Source: Perna viridis
Lineage: Eukaryota
Direction: 5' to 3'
DNA: 64,000 nt
NCBI GenBank assembly: GCA_037379345.1
Contig: CM074515.1
Location: forward strand, 24,056,001 to 24,120,000
The notes below the pieces were generated by a model. It saw only the letters and a list, made by a program, of their open reading frames with translations. It did not search any database and was not told the origin of the DNA. This document shows, piece after piece, positions 25,501-37,196 of the stretch (position 1 is its first letter; the number at the start of each line of letters is the position of its first letter). The translations under genes and the position numbers were made by a program.

Positions 25501-28500
25501 TTTGAACTTTTCAAGGTCAACGCATCAGCATTTATTAAATAAAAAGTTTGATGCAAACTATCATAGTCTACATTCACATTCACACAACCGAACTTTTGTT
25601 GTCGGCATAAGAAAAAAGACAACCATATAACATAGATACGTACTTTTGACAGTGACGAACAAGGATGATTTAGTCGGTTCAACTGTATCTGAAACCTCTT
25701 TACACTCGTAATTACCGGTATCCGTTGCAGTTACACTATACAACACAAAGTGACCATTCTCAACATTGTCATAAGACATAAAGTTGTGGCGGGCATCGGT
25801 CTTGGATATTTCAATGCCGTCTTTATACCACGATATGGCAGACAGGGGATATCCTGTCTCTTTACAATATAAATGGAGTGTTTCACCCTCTGTCACTTTA
25901 TCCAGCCCTTTCAGTTCCAATTCCGGTCGCGCTGGAATAAAATAATTGCACAAACATATTATATACAATAGAATGTTCATAAATGAATAGCTTAAGTTGA
26001 CTTATATTCATCCAATGTACTAAATGGCATTTTATCCAGTCACATGTCCCGCGTCTGACAACATGAAATATTAATATCCAAGAATTCGCTTAAATTATAG
26101 CAAATATCCGAATCTAGGACAGTAAAATAAATTAATTTACCGTGAACCTCAACTGGAATGGGAAAATGTTGGTGCTGGTTTTTCCCAAACTTTATTAGAA
26201 TATTGCACTCGTAATGACCTGCCACGGTTTTATCTAAAATGTAAAGGCATAGAAAAATGTTAATTCAAAAATATAATTATTCCACCATTTATTCACCATA
26301 TAAACCCAACTCTAACCAATACCTCATAGTGCAAGGCGTACAAAATCCAACTCTAACCGACACCTCATAGACACCTTTTCGTCTGGAAAGCGGAGGACAC
26401 ATTTTTATCTTAATCTCCATTTTGAACATTTGTTAATTTAGTATTGCTCCGTCTAAAAGTCATGCAGCGTTTAATATATCACATATTTGATCTTTAATCC
26501 TAATTAGGATAGAACTATTTCGATTAAAGCGCTTATATAATCCTTAAATTGAGAGATACTTTTGACCATAGTTATTTTGTAAAAAGTTGTACTAAATTTG
26601 TCGGAAAATGTTCTTGCACATTATCCTTGTAGATTTCCATCGGTATGTGCAAAATCCAGCTCTAACCGACACCTCACAGTGGAAAGTGTACAAAACCCAA
26701 CTCTAACCGACACCTCATAGTGCAAGGTGTGCAAAACCCAACTCTAACCGACACCTATTCAAGGTGTGCAAAACTCAACTCTAACCGACACCTCATAGTG
26801 CAAGGCGTGCAAAACCCAACTCTAACCGACACTTCATAGTGGAAGATGTGCAAAACCCAACTCTCAGTGGAATGATCTTCGTTTAATACCAGTAATATGA
26901 CATCTGAAAGATTTCCAGTCAATAAATATGTACAAGTATGTCTATACTTTTGCATGATTCTTAGATAGAGCAATGATTCAGTCTGTTTCCTTTTTTGAAT
27001 ATCTCTAACCGAAATATCAAATATAAATGGTTTTTTATATAATACAATGTTATAACTGTGAACTGAAAAAAAACCAAAACAAAACAATAACGTCCATAGG
27101 CAATCTATTTACCCACTGAGGATATAGACTTGACTATGGACGTAACTATGGACGTGATTTATATAAAAGAAAATTTCATATTTGGGTAACTTACCCAAAT
27201 ATAAAATATAAAATGTTCTTTTATATACTACAATGTTATGACTGATCGATTTTTGACGCTACTCTTTTGGATGTGCAAAGTTATAAACGCACCCGGATCG
27301 CTGATGATGACTTTTCTGGAATTCGAACTGTACCGGAATTTCCCTTTCATGGATTCTATTAAACTGAGGGGTTGCTGATTCTTTGTCCAGTATATTTCCA
27401 AAAGTGTCTTCCCATCATCGAAGATTTCATCGATGTTACAATGTAGACTTAGCTCTTTGGAATCTCTTTCAAGAGTTTCAATGACTTTTTCCCCTGTGTA
27501 ACAAGATAAATTTTATAAGATAGAACATAAATTTGCCAATTAAGTACCTTTCTGTATAAGAATCAGGCAATGTGTGGCACATCATATTTCTCAATTTGGT
27601 CTTTTTTGCCTCAAATATATTCAATACATCTAGAAAACAACTGAAAATTTATCCTGAAAGAAGGAAAAGTTTACAAACACTTTGATGGTTATTCATAGAG
27701 GTAATAGTGTATAAATACTTGGATAATGCAATAAAATCTCGGTGTTTTTTCCCTTCATGTGCCACATCTTATACATATTTTGCCTGATTCTTAGACGGAG
27801 AAGTTCTTAATATTATAGAAGCATGTAAGTTTCGAGCTTTACTATTTGTATTTATAGTTTGTACTACTTGGTGAAATTTACGTGTAGTTGATGAAAAAGC
27901 CAACAATTTAATTTTGTTTGTAACAAGTTTTCTGAATGCTTGGTTATCTTTGAACATTTATAAGGAATATTTCTATTTTTAACAGGTTATGCAAAATAAT
28001 ATGGTTTGGGCTAGTTTAAATGTAAACTGCAGCTAACCTTGTTATTGGGTATAATCTGTTCCAAATTAAGACACGTTCCTTAAGTTTCTTATTAAAACTT
28101 GACCTACAAACCATTCCATTCAGTTATGTGAAGGTTCTAAGAACACTCCATTCTGATTTTCTCTTCAGAATCAACCATTTAGATTACAGTTTTTATGACT
28201 GAGGTAACATTTTTTACAGTGTCTGGATCGGTAGCCCCCTTTCATGAATTTCTGGATCTGCCCCTGGACGGTATTCCGCCTCACGTTATAGTTAACCTAC
28301 CCGTGATTATTTTTAGTTCGGTTTGGCGGGAAAGACTTCCTACAGAACAACTTATATTGATGGAATCTTTAATTGAAACTACATCTTTTCTTAAAGTTGA
28401 CGTTGTCATGGAAACACCACTCTCTACCCTCTTGTGCATGGAAACATAAAACCCGTTTGTTTGAATGTTGTCTATATTTGCCCATTCTATTTCCTTGTGG

Positions 28501-31500
28501 TTTGTCCCTCTGTATTCACATGTTAATTCGAAAAGATCGTCTTTCATAATCCACAAATGTGAAAAAGAAGGTATCATGTCCAATTCAGCTGAAAAATAAA
28601 GTTCATTGATGTCAGTTAGCAAAGTTTATTCTGAAGGTTTTGTTTCTTATATCAACTATTAAGTCCAAACAAAATAACCCCAAGTAAACTCCTCGAAACT
28701 GAGATTATAGCAGAATACAATTTTTTAAGGCTAAGATAACTGACGCAAGCCATATAGATGGAAGTCAAAAGGAAGGCTGAAAGCAATTAGAAGCACACAT
28801 CCCACTAAGAATTTGGAGCACAGACTAAGTAAACCAATAGGATAAGCATCATCAACTTTTCCAAAACACAGTGATAGTCTTACATATTAGAACCAGAAAG
28901 TTTGGAAAAGGTTTTTGATTTATGTTTAAAAATTTTGTTAGAGAATGTGTTGGTCATTTACCTAAGTTGTACTGTGTTTCCTCTCAGTGACACATGTATA
29001 GTTACCATGGTGATATCTACTAAGTCTGAAATCAAAACTCAACACTATTGTCACTTACAGAGAGTTTTTTTTAACATACTGCGGTTTTGGTTATTATATT
29101 TGTCTTATGAAATTTTTATAGCCTTTTACCTGCTGTAACATCTATAGTCTTGTTTAGTCTCGTAATCGTGTCTTTACATGTATATTTCCCAGAGTCTGCA
29201 AACATCGTTGTCATTTTCTTCAATACAGCAATAGTTTCTATTCTGTTTCCATACCATGTCAAGTTGGTTGACTGTATGTATTCCGAACTACCAAGCAATC
29301 TGGTGCCATCTTTATACCAGACAATATTTGGTAGTTTGGGACCGGTAACGTTACATGTCAAAAACAGTTGGTCAGGTACAATGATGCCTCGTGATTCGCC
29401 ATGGGTAGATATTTCTATAAGAATGAATACTGTAAACCAACTAATTTTCGCGACTTTCGCGGACGTAGAATTATCATGAAAATAAAAAGTCGCGAAAAAG
29501 CATACATATACGCTATCTGCATATGTTCAAGCAATTATTTAAATTATTAAAAACGCAAAAATAAATCTTCGCGAAATGAGCCAACGACAGCATAACGCGA
29601 AAGAAAGTAGTCGCGAAAATAAGTTGGTCTATAGTAGTCAATATTAACCTATTATCTAGGAACTATTATGATAAACATTTTACTCAGTGTTTCTTTCGCT
29701 GACGAGAGTAAAACAAATCAAGCCATGAAAATGAAATATTTATAATGATGCAGTAGACTATTTCATTCCCTTCCATGGAACAAATAATTTTAAATCGATC
29801 TTAGAAAAAAATGGCGGCGAAAGTTGGAATATTATTTTTTTAAAACATAATCATACAATGAATCTGTACATATACTAACTAGTAGGAAGTGTACATCCTT
29901 GTAACTCCAACCTCAAAGATATCTTTCTATGCCAGGTCAGTGGATGGATACGCACGTGCTTAGTCACAATGGGTACAGGAAGCTTTGTGGTCACATACGA
30001 TTGGGAATCAAAATTCCCTTCAAATATCTGAAATAGGAATTACAGAAATTAGTTGGGCTGTAGAATATACCAGTACTAGCTAGATGGTGAGTACGTATAT
30101 TGTACTGCCAGCCTTTAAATATTGTTTATAATGGGTCTATTCGTAAAAGAATAGATATAGACAATGTTTGCTTCAAAATCATATAAAAATAAATATTAAA
30201 AAAATAATAAGGAAGAAAAAAACGAAAAACAAATAAAATCATGTATTCATAACCCACAAGAGCTGGATAGTTTAAAGAAATTAATAAGTTTCTATTCACA
30301 ATTATTTGTAGTTTATTTTTTTTATTTTGATACGAACCGTTGCATTTGTATCGTAGCTGCTATATATTCTCCATTTCCGACCATCCTGACTAAACGACAG
30401 TGTGTATGACGTCACCCACTCTTCTCTGCCATCACTTACACGACGTCCAGACAAATTGATTTCTCTAATAATTTTCAGTATCGAAAATGAAACCTATCAT
30501 GAAATCCCAAAATTACTGTTTAGCTAAACCATAAGGCTTATTTGACGAAGCTGATATTTTTATTATTATGTGAGTTTTAGAGTCCGGGTTGCCCATTCAC
30601 TTTTGTTTCTTTGAACGCGTTATTTTGGTTATTTCATGTACTTTGTTGTGTGTCTATTTTTCCTGTCCAGTCTTTATCCATTGAATATATGTTTCAGATT
30701 GCCGTTCAAATTTTTGTTCCCTTGATTACTCTTTGTAAATGGTCATAGCAGTATTGACATTACATTTCTGAAAAGTAGGTGCAATGTTCTTGCAGGGAAC
30801 GTGGGAAAACTAACCTGTATCCATTGTTGTTTGTCTGATATAACGGGGGACCAGCCACCACAGACTGACTGGTTCCATTTTGCACAATATGGTGAGTCGT
30901 CATGGAGAATATCTTTGTAGTATGAGGACGCTGTGACTGATTGATCTGGTACTCCTTCCGGTGCAGATATCAATTTACCATTACAGGAATCTGGGAGTTT
31001 TAAATTAAAAGCAATAGTTTGAGTTCTACTGATACTGTAGAGTTTATAAGTTTGTTTCAAAGTCCAACATTTGTTTACGATATTAATGCTTACTGGACGC
31101 AAAATCAGGATATAATAACCAAAATTAGAAGAGTAGTTAAAACTACCAACAGACTCACTCATTAAAGAAAGTTTGTAGCTTCATGTTTCATTTTCAGTAA
31201 AGAAATCTAAATATTTGTACTATTCATGTACATGGTGTATTTTAAAGCAATAACAAGTTTAAAGAACTGGAACATGACAAACTTTTCATACGTATGACCT
31301 GTTAGCCGATATATCAAAATGGAACCGATAGTCTGAACTACATCTTGATTTGGTTATGAATAAGTACGAATTTCTTCTTACTGACGGACTTTTTTTCGAG
31401 TTAAGTATGCTTTTGAACTAAAATCATGAAAAAAATATTTTTAATAATTGAAGTATATTAAACCTGTGGAATTCGTTTTTATCGCAGCTTCACTTACATT

Positions 31501-33911
31501 AACCATAGCCGTTGCTTCTAAGACTTTTTTTTGTCATATCACAATTTTACTCAAATATTTCTAAAACAGATAAGAATAAAAAACATAAACTACACGAACC
31601 ATTTAAGACATAAAGTGTGAACACATGTAGGAGTGGCCCTGCTTGGCAGTAGTAAATTCCACTATCAGACACGGTCAGTTTGTCTTTCGATGCCTTCAAA
31701 ATTGTTGTCACAATTCTGTTCTTAACTGTTTGTCTGCGAGAGGTAAAGCCATATTTAGATAAGTGTTCCTCTTTATCTTTCACCCATGAAACCTTCAACT
31801 TGATATTTCCTTCGTATTTGCAGAAAAGCATCAGACTGTCTCCTTCAAAAGTTGTAATTGTACCCGCGAAATTAATCGCCAGTTTTCCTGTAAAAAGAGA
31901 TATTTTTTGATTATCACTGTAAACAAAATGGCCGGTTTTCTTTCAAGAGTATAAGAATACTACACTATTGACAAATACATGTACGTCCATGGGATGTGGT
32001 CTAATTTTTTGGTTAAGAATGAGTCTTTCTTTTTTTAAATCTCTTTGTGTTTAATATGTATCGGTCACTTTATGGTATTTATTATTTACTTCACTTTTGG
32101 GTCTTGACTTTGGTGTTTCCTTGCTTTCACCACAATTTTATCAAAAAATAAAGGATGTGTATTGGGGAACACAACAGTAGGAGGTAAAACAGATTCAAAA
32201 GCACAAAAAGTCAATAAACGATACACGCACTAATGAATGGGAATTTAAAACTTCTGAAAAAAGTAATGCATCCTTCTTGTTAGCTTATTCTCGACAATCG
32301 GAACTCTTCAGTCATTTACGCTACGCTGTAGTTTTTTTTCTCCTGTGTAACTCTTCAGTAATTTACGCTACGCTGTAGTTTTTTTCTCCTGTGTAACGAG
32401 AAGTCTAAGTTGTGCCGATTGATACTCGAAAAAACGTATGAAAGGAACTTCTCTGTTATTCATATGCATTTCTTTCGTTAAAAGTGACATATCTATTCAT
32501 TTCTTAATTAAATATGTCTTACTGTTTTACACGAATAAAAGGAACAACTGTTTCGTTACTTGAGCAGCCAGTCACCCTTTTACAAACGTACAAATGAAGA
32601 GAACGAACCGTGGTTTTAACATGAAACATTATGAAAACATTTTGTAGTGGTGTCCCCTCGTTCGGTCGGAACAGCGTTGCCCCCAAAACTGATGGACTAA
32701 AACAAGCCTAACATAAAAAAAGATAGTTCATGCATGTAAGGACTGAAAACATTGAGTACAAACACTGTTGCATTCTAAAAGAAATAATATTCTAATGCAA
32801 ATGTGAAACTTCATTTCTCTCATTCTCATTTGCGTGCAACTTTTTGACAACTGGACCATTTTTACAATGTTTATTTATAACATATTCTTCAACAGCAAAG
32901 TCTTAATTCGAAAGATTTCTTCACACTCGATAGTAAAATTTTTGATATACTGGCTGAAACTTGCGTGTTGAAAAGTGAAGAAATAATTCAAACATCTGAT
33001 ACCTGAAGGATAATCTAAATGTGTGAGTGTATCACACCAGGAAAGAGTTAGTCCGACCACAATATATCCCAATTTACAGTTTTTGTATAAAGTAACAGAC
33101 TTTTGTCTAGGGAGAATGAAATTTAACTTAAAAGTTAAAACTTCATTGGTGGTTAGAACAAACCTCGAACAACTTTGACTTTTCTTGTCTTGAAATTATT
33201 GCCATCTGAACAGTTATATCTCCCAGAATGGAAAGACTTAGCTTGGTTTATTCTGAGTATAGTCTTGTAGTACTCATTGCCGTTTATAATTGAGGTGTGT
33301 TTGCTGATGATGACGTGATCGTCACTGATGACAGGCTTGCTATCTTTGTACCACGTGATATTTCTGTCTCCTGCACATGTAAGCTGCAGTGACTCAGAAT
33401 CCGTCACCCATATTGGGTTGATGATAGGAGTGATCTGTATTAATGCTAAAAAAGAGAATGATGTCAGCTCTACAAATTTCTTTCACAATTGAAGCAGAAA
33501 ATTCATACCTATTTCTATAGAAAACATTTATATCTTAATTGTCACCCTATTTCATTTCATAGTTTCGTGCCTGCTACTAACAAGAATTCTAGATTTCATT
33601 TTTTTTCTGAACTATTAGAAGTTTCCATTTTTAAAAAGAAATCGAGACCATAAGAAAATATAAACAATCCAAAAAGCAAACGTATTCAAGGCTTTCTTTT
33701 ACGTGTGTCACAGTATACTCTAGTCATATTCCGTGAGTTTCGGTATGAAATGAACCGAATTCTTATATACGGTATAATCTTAGTGAAAATGTTTACAATG
33801 AACCGTGTTTGTTGTTGTTGTTTTTTAATATTTTTGTTTTGAGAATAACGGCTCCTTACCTGTACAGATGGGTATTGAAGCAAACACCACAGATCCCAGC
33901 GTCAGAATCAT
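22544..33911 (-). CDS. Type I membrane protein SP-Ig-Ig-FA58C(discoidin)-Ig-Ig-Ig-Ig-TM-cytoplasmic tail, 14 exons, about 874 aa
   Basis: Exons: 33860-33911, 33164-33445, 31600-31887, 30815-30990, 30338-30493, 29880-30027, 29130-29414, 28301-28588, 27293-27493, 26141-26233, 25644-25931, 24279-24389, 23726-23780, 22544-22745. All GT-AG and phase-consistent, total 2625 nt. Ig motifs (L.C..W.KD..DSG.Y.C); FA58C motifs (SVTASS, W.P, QWIQV, WVTSYTLSFSQDG, FEGN.D, VRIHPLTW...SLRLELQGC); TM LLMVCIVVSAAVVVLSVICCVICL. Confidence 0.9.
22952..23028 (-). mobile_element. Fragment of the tRNA-Leu-like SINE in the last intron of the Ig gene
   Basis: Matches 21849-21925 (ctccacgggactcaaactcgtaccgctgtg...ccagcgccctagaccact). 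Confidence 0.75.
26303..26865. repeat. 41-bp minisatellite in two blocks (26303-26370, 26648-26865)
   Basis: Unit caaaacccaactctaaccgacacctcatagtgcaaggtgtg, with starts at 26650, 26691 and 26732. Confidence 0.9.
27544..27806. mobile_element. TTAA-flanked MITE (copy 2, opposite orientation to 7560-7896)
   Basis: ttaa|gtacctttctgtataagaatcaggcaatgtgtggcac ... ttgcctgattcttagacggagaagttc|ttaa. Confidence 0.75.
29430..29634. mobile_element. TA-flanked (Tc1/mariner-type) MITE
   Basis: ta|ctgtaaaccaactaattttcgcg ... cgcgaaaataagttggtctatag|ta, with internal tcgcgaaa repeats. Confidence 0.75.
30580..30733 (+). mobile_element. PLE 3'-tail fragment
   Basis: gagtccgggttgcccattcacttttgtt...gttcccttgattactctt matches the tail family. 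Confidence 0.65.
32302..32397. repeat. Tandem duplication of ~47 bp
   Basis: aactcttcagt(c/a)atttacgctacgctgtagttttttt(t)ctcctgtgt occurs twice. Confidence 0.9.
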
Positions 33912-34765
33912 TGTGTAACAACTTTGTTGTCCATCTTTTATCAGTCAATTATTTTTCTTATTAAAGCGACATTAAAAGTCAATCCGACATTAAGGTTTAT
34001 CTATTGTTTTAGTTAATTATTCTATCGTAACGTCAATCAAATACTAAATGAGGGTCTAAAAGGAAGAGGTTCGGGTATAAGGACTTCTTTTTGTCAATTA
34101 AAATAGATTTTTGAGATAGTAATACACACATATCATCTTTGGGCACTTATGGACTCGTGAGTCCGTTCAACTCCCCTCGTCATCTCATCTCCACTGCTTC
34201 AGTCCCATCCATTTTTCTTTTTCCCCCTATTCAACTGTTCTTCTCCTAGTACTTTGAGAGAGAAATACCATCCGAGTTTTGGTACCATTGAGCTAGAGTT
34301 TGCTAATTTTAAGGAGAGTCATACGAATGATTATAATACATGCATGTAACCTTGTCCCCAATTCCAATTGTACGGGTATCCGCGTGAACACCTGCACTAG
34401 TGACTATACAGTTGCACATTGATAAAGGAATAATAAGTCATAAAGAGTTAAAAAAACACTATGATAAGGGGGCTAAGTCGGTGCTTAAGATGACATAGTT
34501 GATGATATTGGCAATATTTTGTTAAAGCAAAAGTATCTTCCAAGAATTGATGCATTACATTGATATCTAAGTTACGACCCCTTCATTAATGTTATAAACG
34601 CTATGGTGAAATGATTTGTCACTAACGCTTTGTGAACACACCCGTAGTAAAACGACGTTACAGCATGCACAAGTTAGTATACCCCTTCACAGATTGCGAT
34701 ATGTGTAATTCCTTATTGAAAGCTAAATTATGTAATGCATGGGAGGGTGAATTTGTCGCAGTTTG

Positions 34766-34901
34766 ACCACAGGAGCTTGCTCCCACTATCAAATACGCAG
34801 CCCCACTACTATATTACACAGGGGCTAGCACTCACTAGTACATGTATATAACCTATACTAGTGGGGCTGCATATTTGATAGTGGGAGCAAGCCTCTGTGG
34901 T
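34766..34901. mobile_element. Small foldback/MITE, ~43-bp inverted arms
   Basis: accacaggagcttgctcccactatcaaatacgcagccccacta (34766-34808) pairs with tagtggggctgcatatttgatagtgggagcaagcctctgtggt (34859-34901), about 3 mismatches. Confidence 0.8.
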
Positions 34902-37196
34902 TTGTAGTCAATTTATGTTAATTTTCTCCTTCCGCTAAGAATAGACGTGCACATGTAGTCAAGTAGGGTCAGTCTCAATCATTATGTTTTTTTTTCTAGA
35001 CACAAACTTCAACAAAATAAAATTTTTCATCATAGGAAACTAGTGAAATATTTTGAAGAAGATTTTCAGTGTAACTCCAGTAAGACCCTCGAATCAACAG
35101 ACGTATTAAGTTTCGTTGCTTTATAATCTATAATCAAGTTGTATACAGTGTTAGGTTTTGTTATTTGGGTGACGACAGCAAAACAAAAGGAATACACGAG
35201 CGTCGATTTAAATTTTGACCCTTTTCCTAAGTGTGAAATATTTTATACATTTTTGCAAGCATAAATGTATGTTTTGTATTCATGCATAGCATAACTGCAT
35301 ACGAATATTTTCGAAATTTAGGAAAGGCTTGAAAGTTTTTCTTAACAACGCAAGGAAAAGGGTAATGATAAGAGCCAATTACTAGGTATGGTAATTGTCC
35401 GTGATAAATATGCCATTGGAAATAAATAGAAATGTATATCAATCCTCTAACGACTTAAAAAGACTAATGCTTAATTAAATTGCGATTTTTTTTTACTGAA
35501 ATGGTACAAAATGACAAATAAACGATGATAAAATCAAAAGCATATTAAGTATTTACATGATATACATATCCATAGGTTAAGAAAAGACTAGCTTAAAACA
35601 AATAGCTATAAAAACGGCATAAAATTGGCATTGAAATGGGTTTTAAAATACCCATTACAAACAAGCAAATTACATACATACATACATACATACATACATG
35701 TACACATACAATGTAAAATCTACGATGCAGGCGATGAATGCGAAGAGGGTTGGTAAATGGTAAATATCAATGTAAATAAATAAATATTTATATATTTTTT
35801 CTTCTCTTACATAAAGTTAGCGTGGAATCAATAAAATTAATATTCGTTCTACAGTGCGCCTGAAATCAACAAAATGAACGGATCATAACCGTGTAGCCAG
35901 AGACATGCACTATCACTTTTTAAACATTATTAGAATATACATCAATGATATATTGACACAAGATATGTTTTTTTTACATTTTTTCCATAATCACATTTTT
36001 TTTTCACACACACTCATTACATTAACAATGGAAGTGATTTTGGTTTGAAATAGTAATTAAACAATCAATAGTGAAATTCATTTTCCGGTTTGCACCTAAT
36101 TAAACACCAATAACAATTAATGGGCTGTGTAATTGTTTCCCCTTCGGCGCACCTGATTGGTTTACAAGGGGAGACAATTTAATTGCAGTAATTACAATTA
36201 CTTGTGAATGAATAACATTGGTCACACAACGTTAAGATTCCATGGTATAAAATCTCATCATTGTGATATATGATCATTATTACATTTTCCTTTAAAAAAA
36301 GACATTTGATCTAGTTTGCATTTTTGCATTGATTTTCACTCAAAGTCAGAAGAATCTCTTATTTGGTAAGGTTTATTATCACTATCTAAAATTTCCCCTT
36401 TAAGTAAGATGTTAGACTGCTATTGTGACAGGGACACTTTCGGTACTAAACATAACATATGAAATTATTGGGTTTAAAAGTTAGCTAAAATCCAAACAAC
36501 TATGTGTTCCCTCGATTATCAAATTTTACAAAATGAAAGTTTACATTTGAAATAATAAGAGTGAAATTAAATATTTATCATTCAAATTGTTTGCTAGATG
36601 TACAGTTGTCTGGTATCAGATACAAATCAAATATATTAATCTTTTAAAATTTCATTAAGATCCGACTAACATTTTTGTTTTGTATTCAATGTCATTATAA
36701 ATTCTTTTATTGCGAGATAATAATCACTGTTTTTTGATTTAAAAATATTAACTCCGTTGTTTGGTCAAGTGGAATGCACGAGTATGAACAAGAACAACGT
36801 GTAATCAACAAGAAAGTTTTCATGGCATTTTACACATTTGTTTAGAATTCCTCAAAGGCAAACAAAACAATAGAAGATAAAATCAAGAGCATAGAATTCA
36901 ACGATTTATTTTCTTTTTTGGTCTCGGAACTGTTAAAAACACAAAATGTGTGATTTACATGGTTATATAAATGGAGTAAGAACATTTTCTTTATCTGCGA
37001 TCATGTATTCTATTAGGATAATTTATATTACTATATTCTTAGTTTGAATGTAAAATTTTGTTATCTAAAACCATAAAAAAATGTTTTCTTAAAGAGCTTA
37101 TCTTCTACGCTTGTAAATTTTTAACGTCACGGCATACGTTAGCCATTGTTCCAGTATTCGGTTGCCTATACAAAACATCCTTAATATTTTCAGACC

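Noticed and set aside
26648-26865. CRISPR-like array
   Set aside because: Contiguous 41-bp units with no unique spacers, in a eukaryotic intron.
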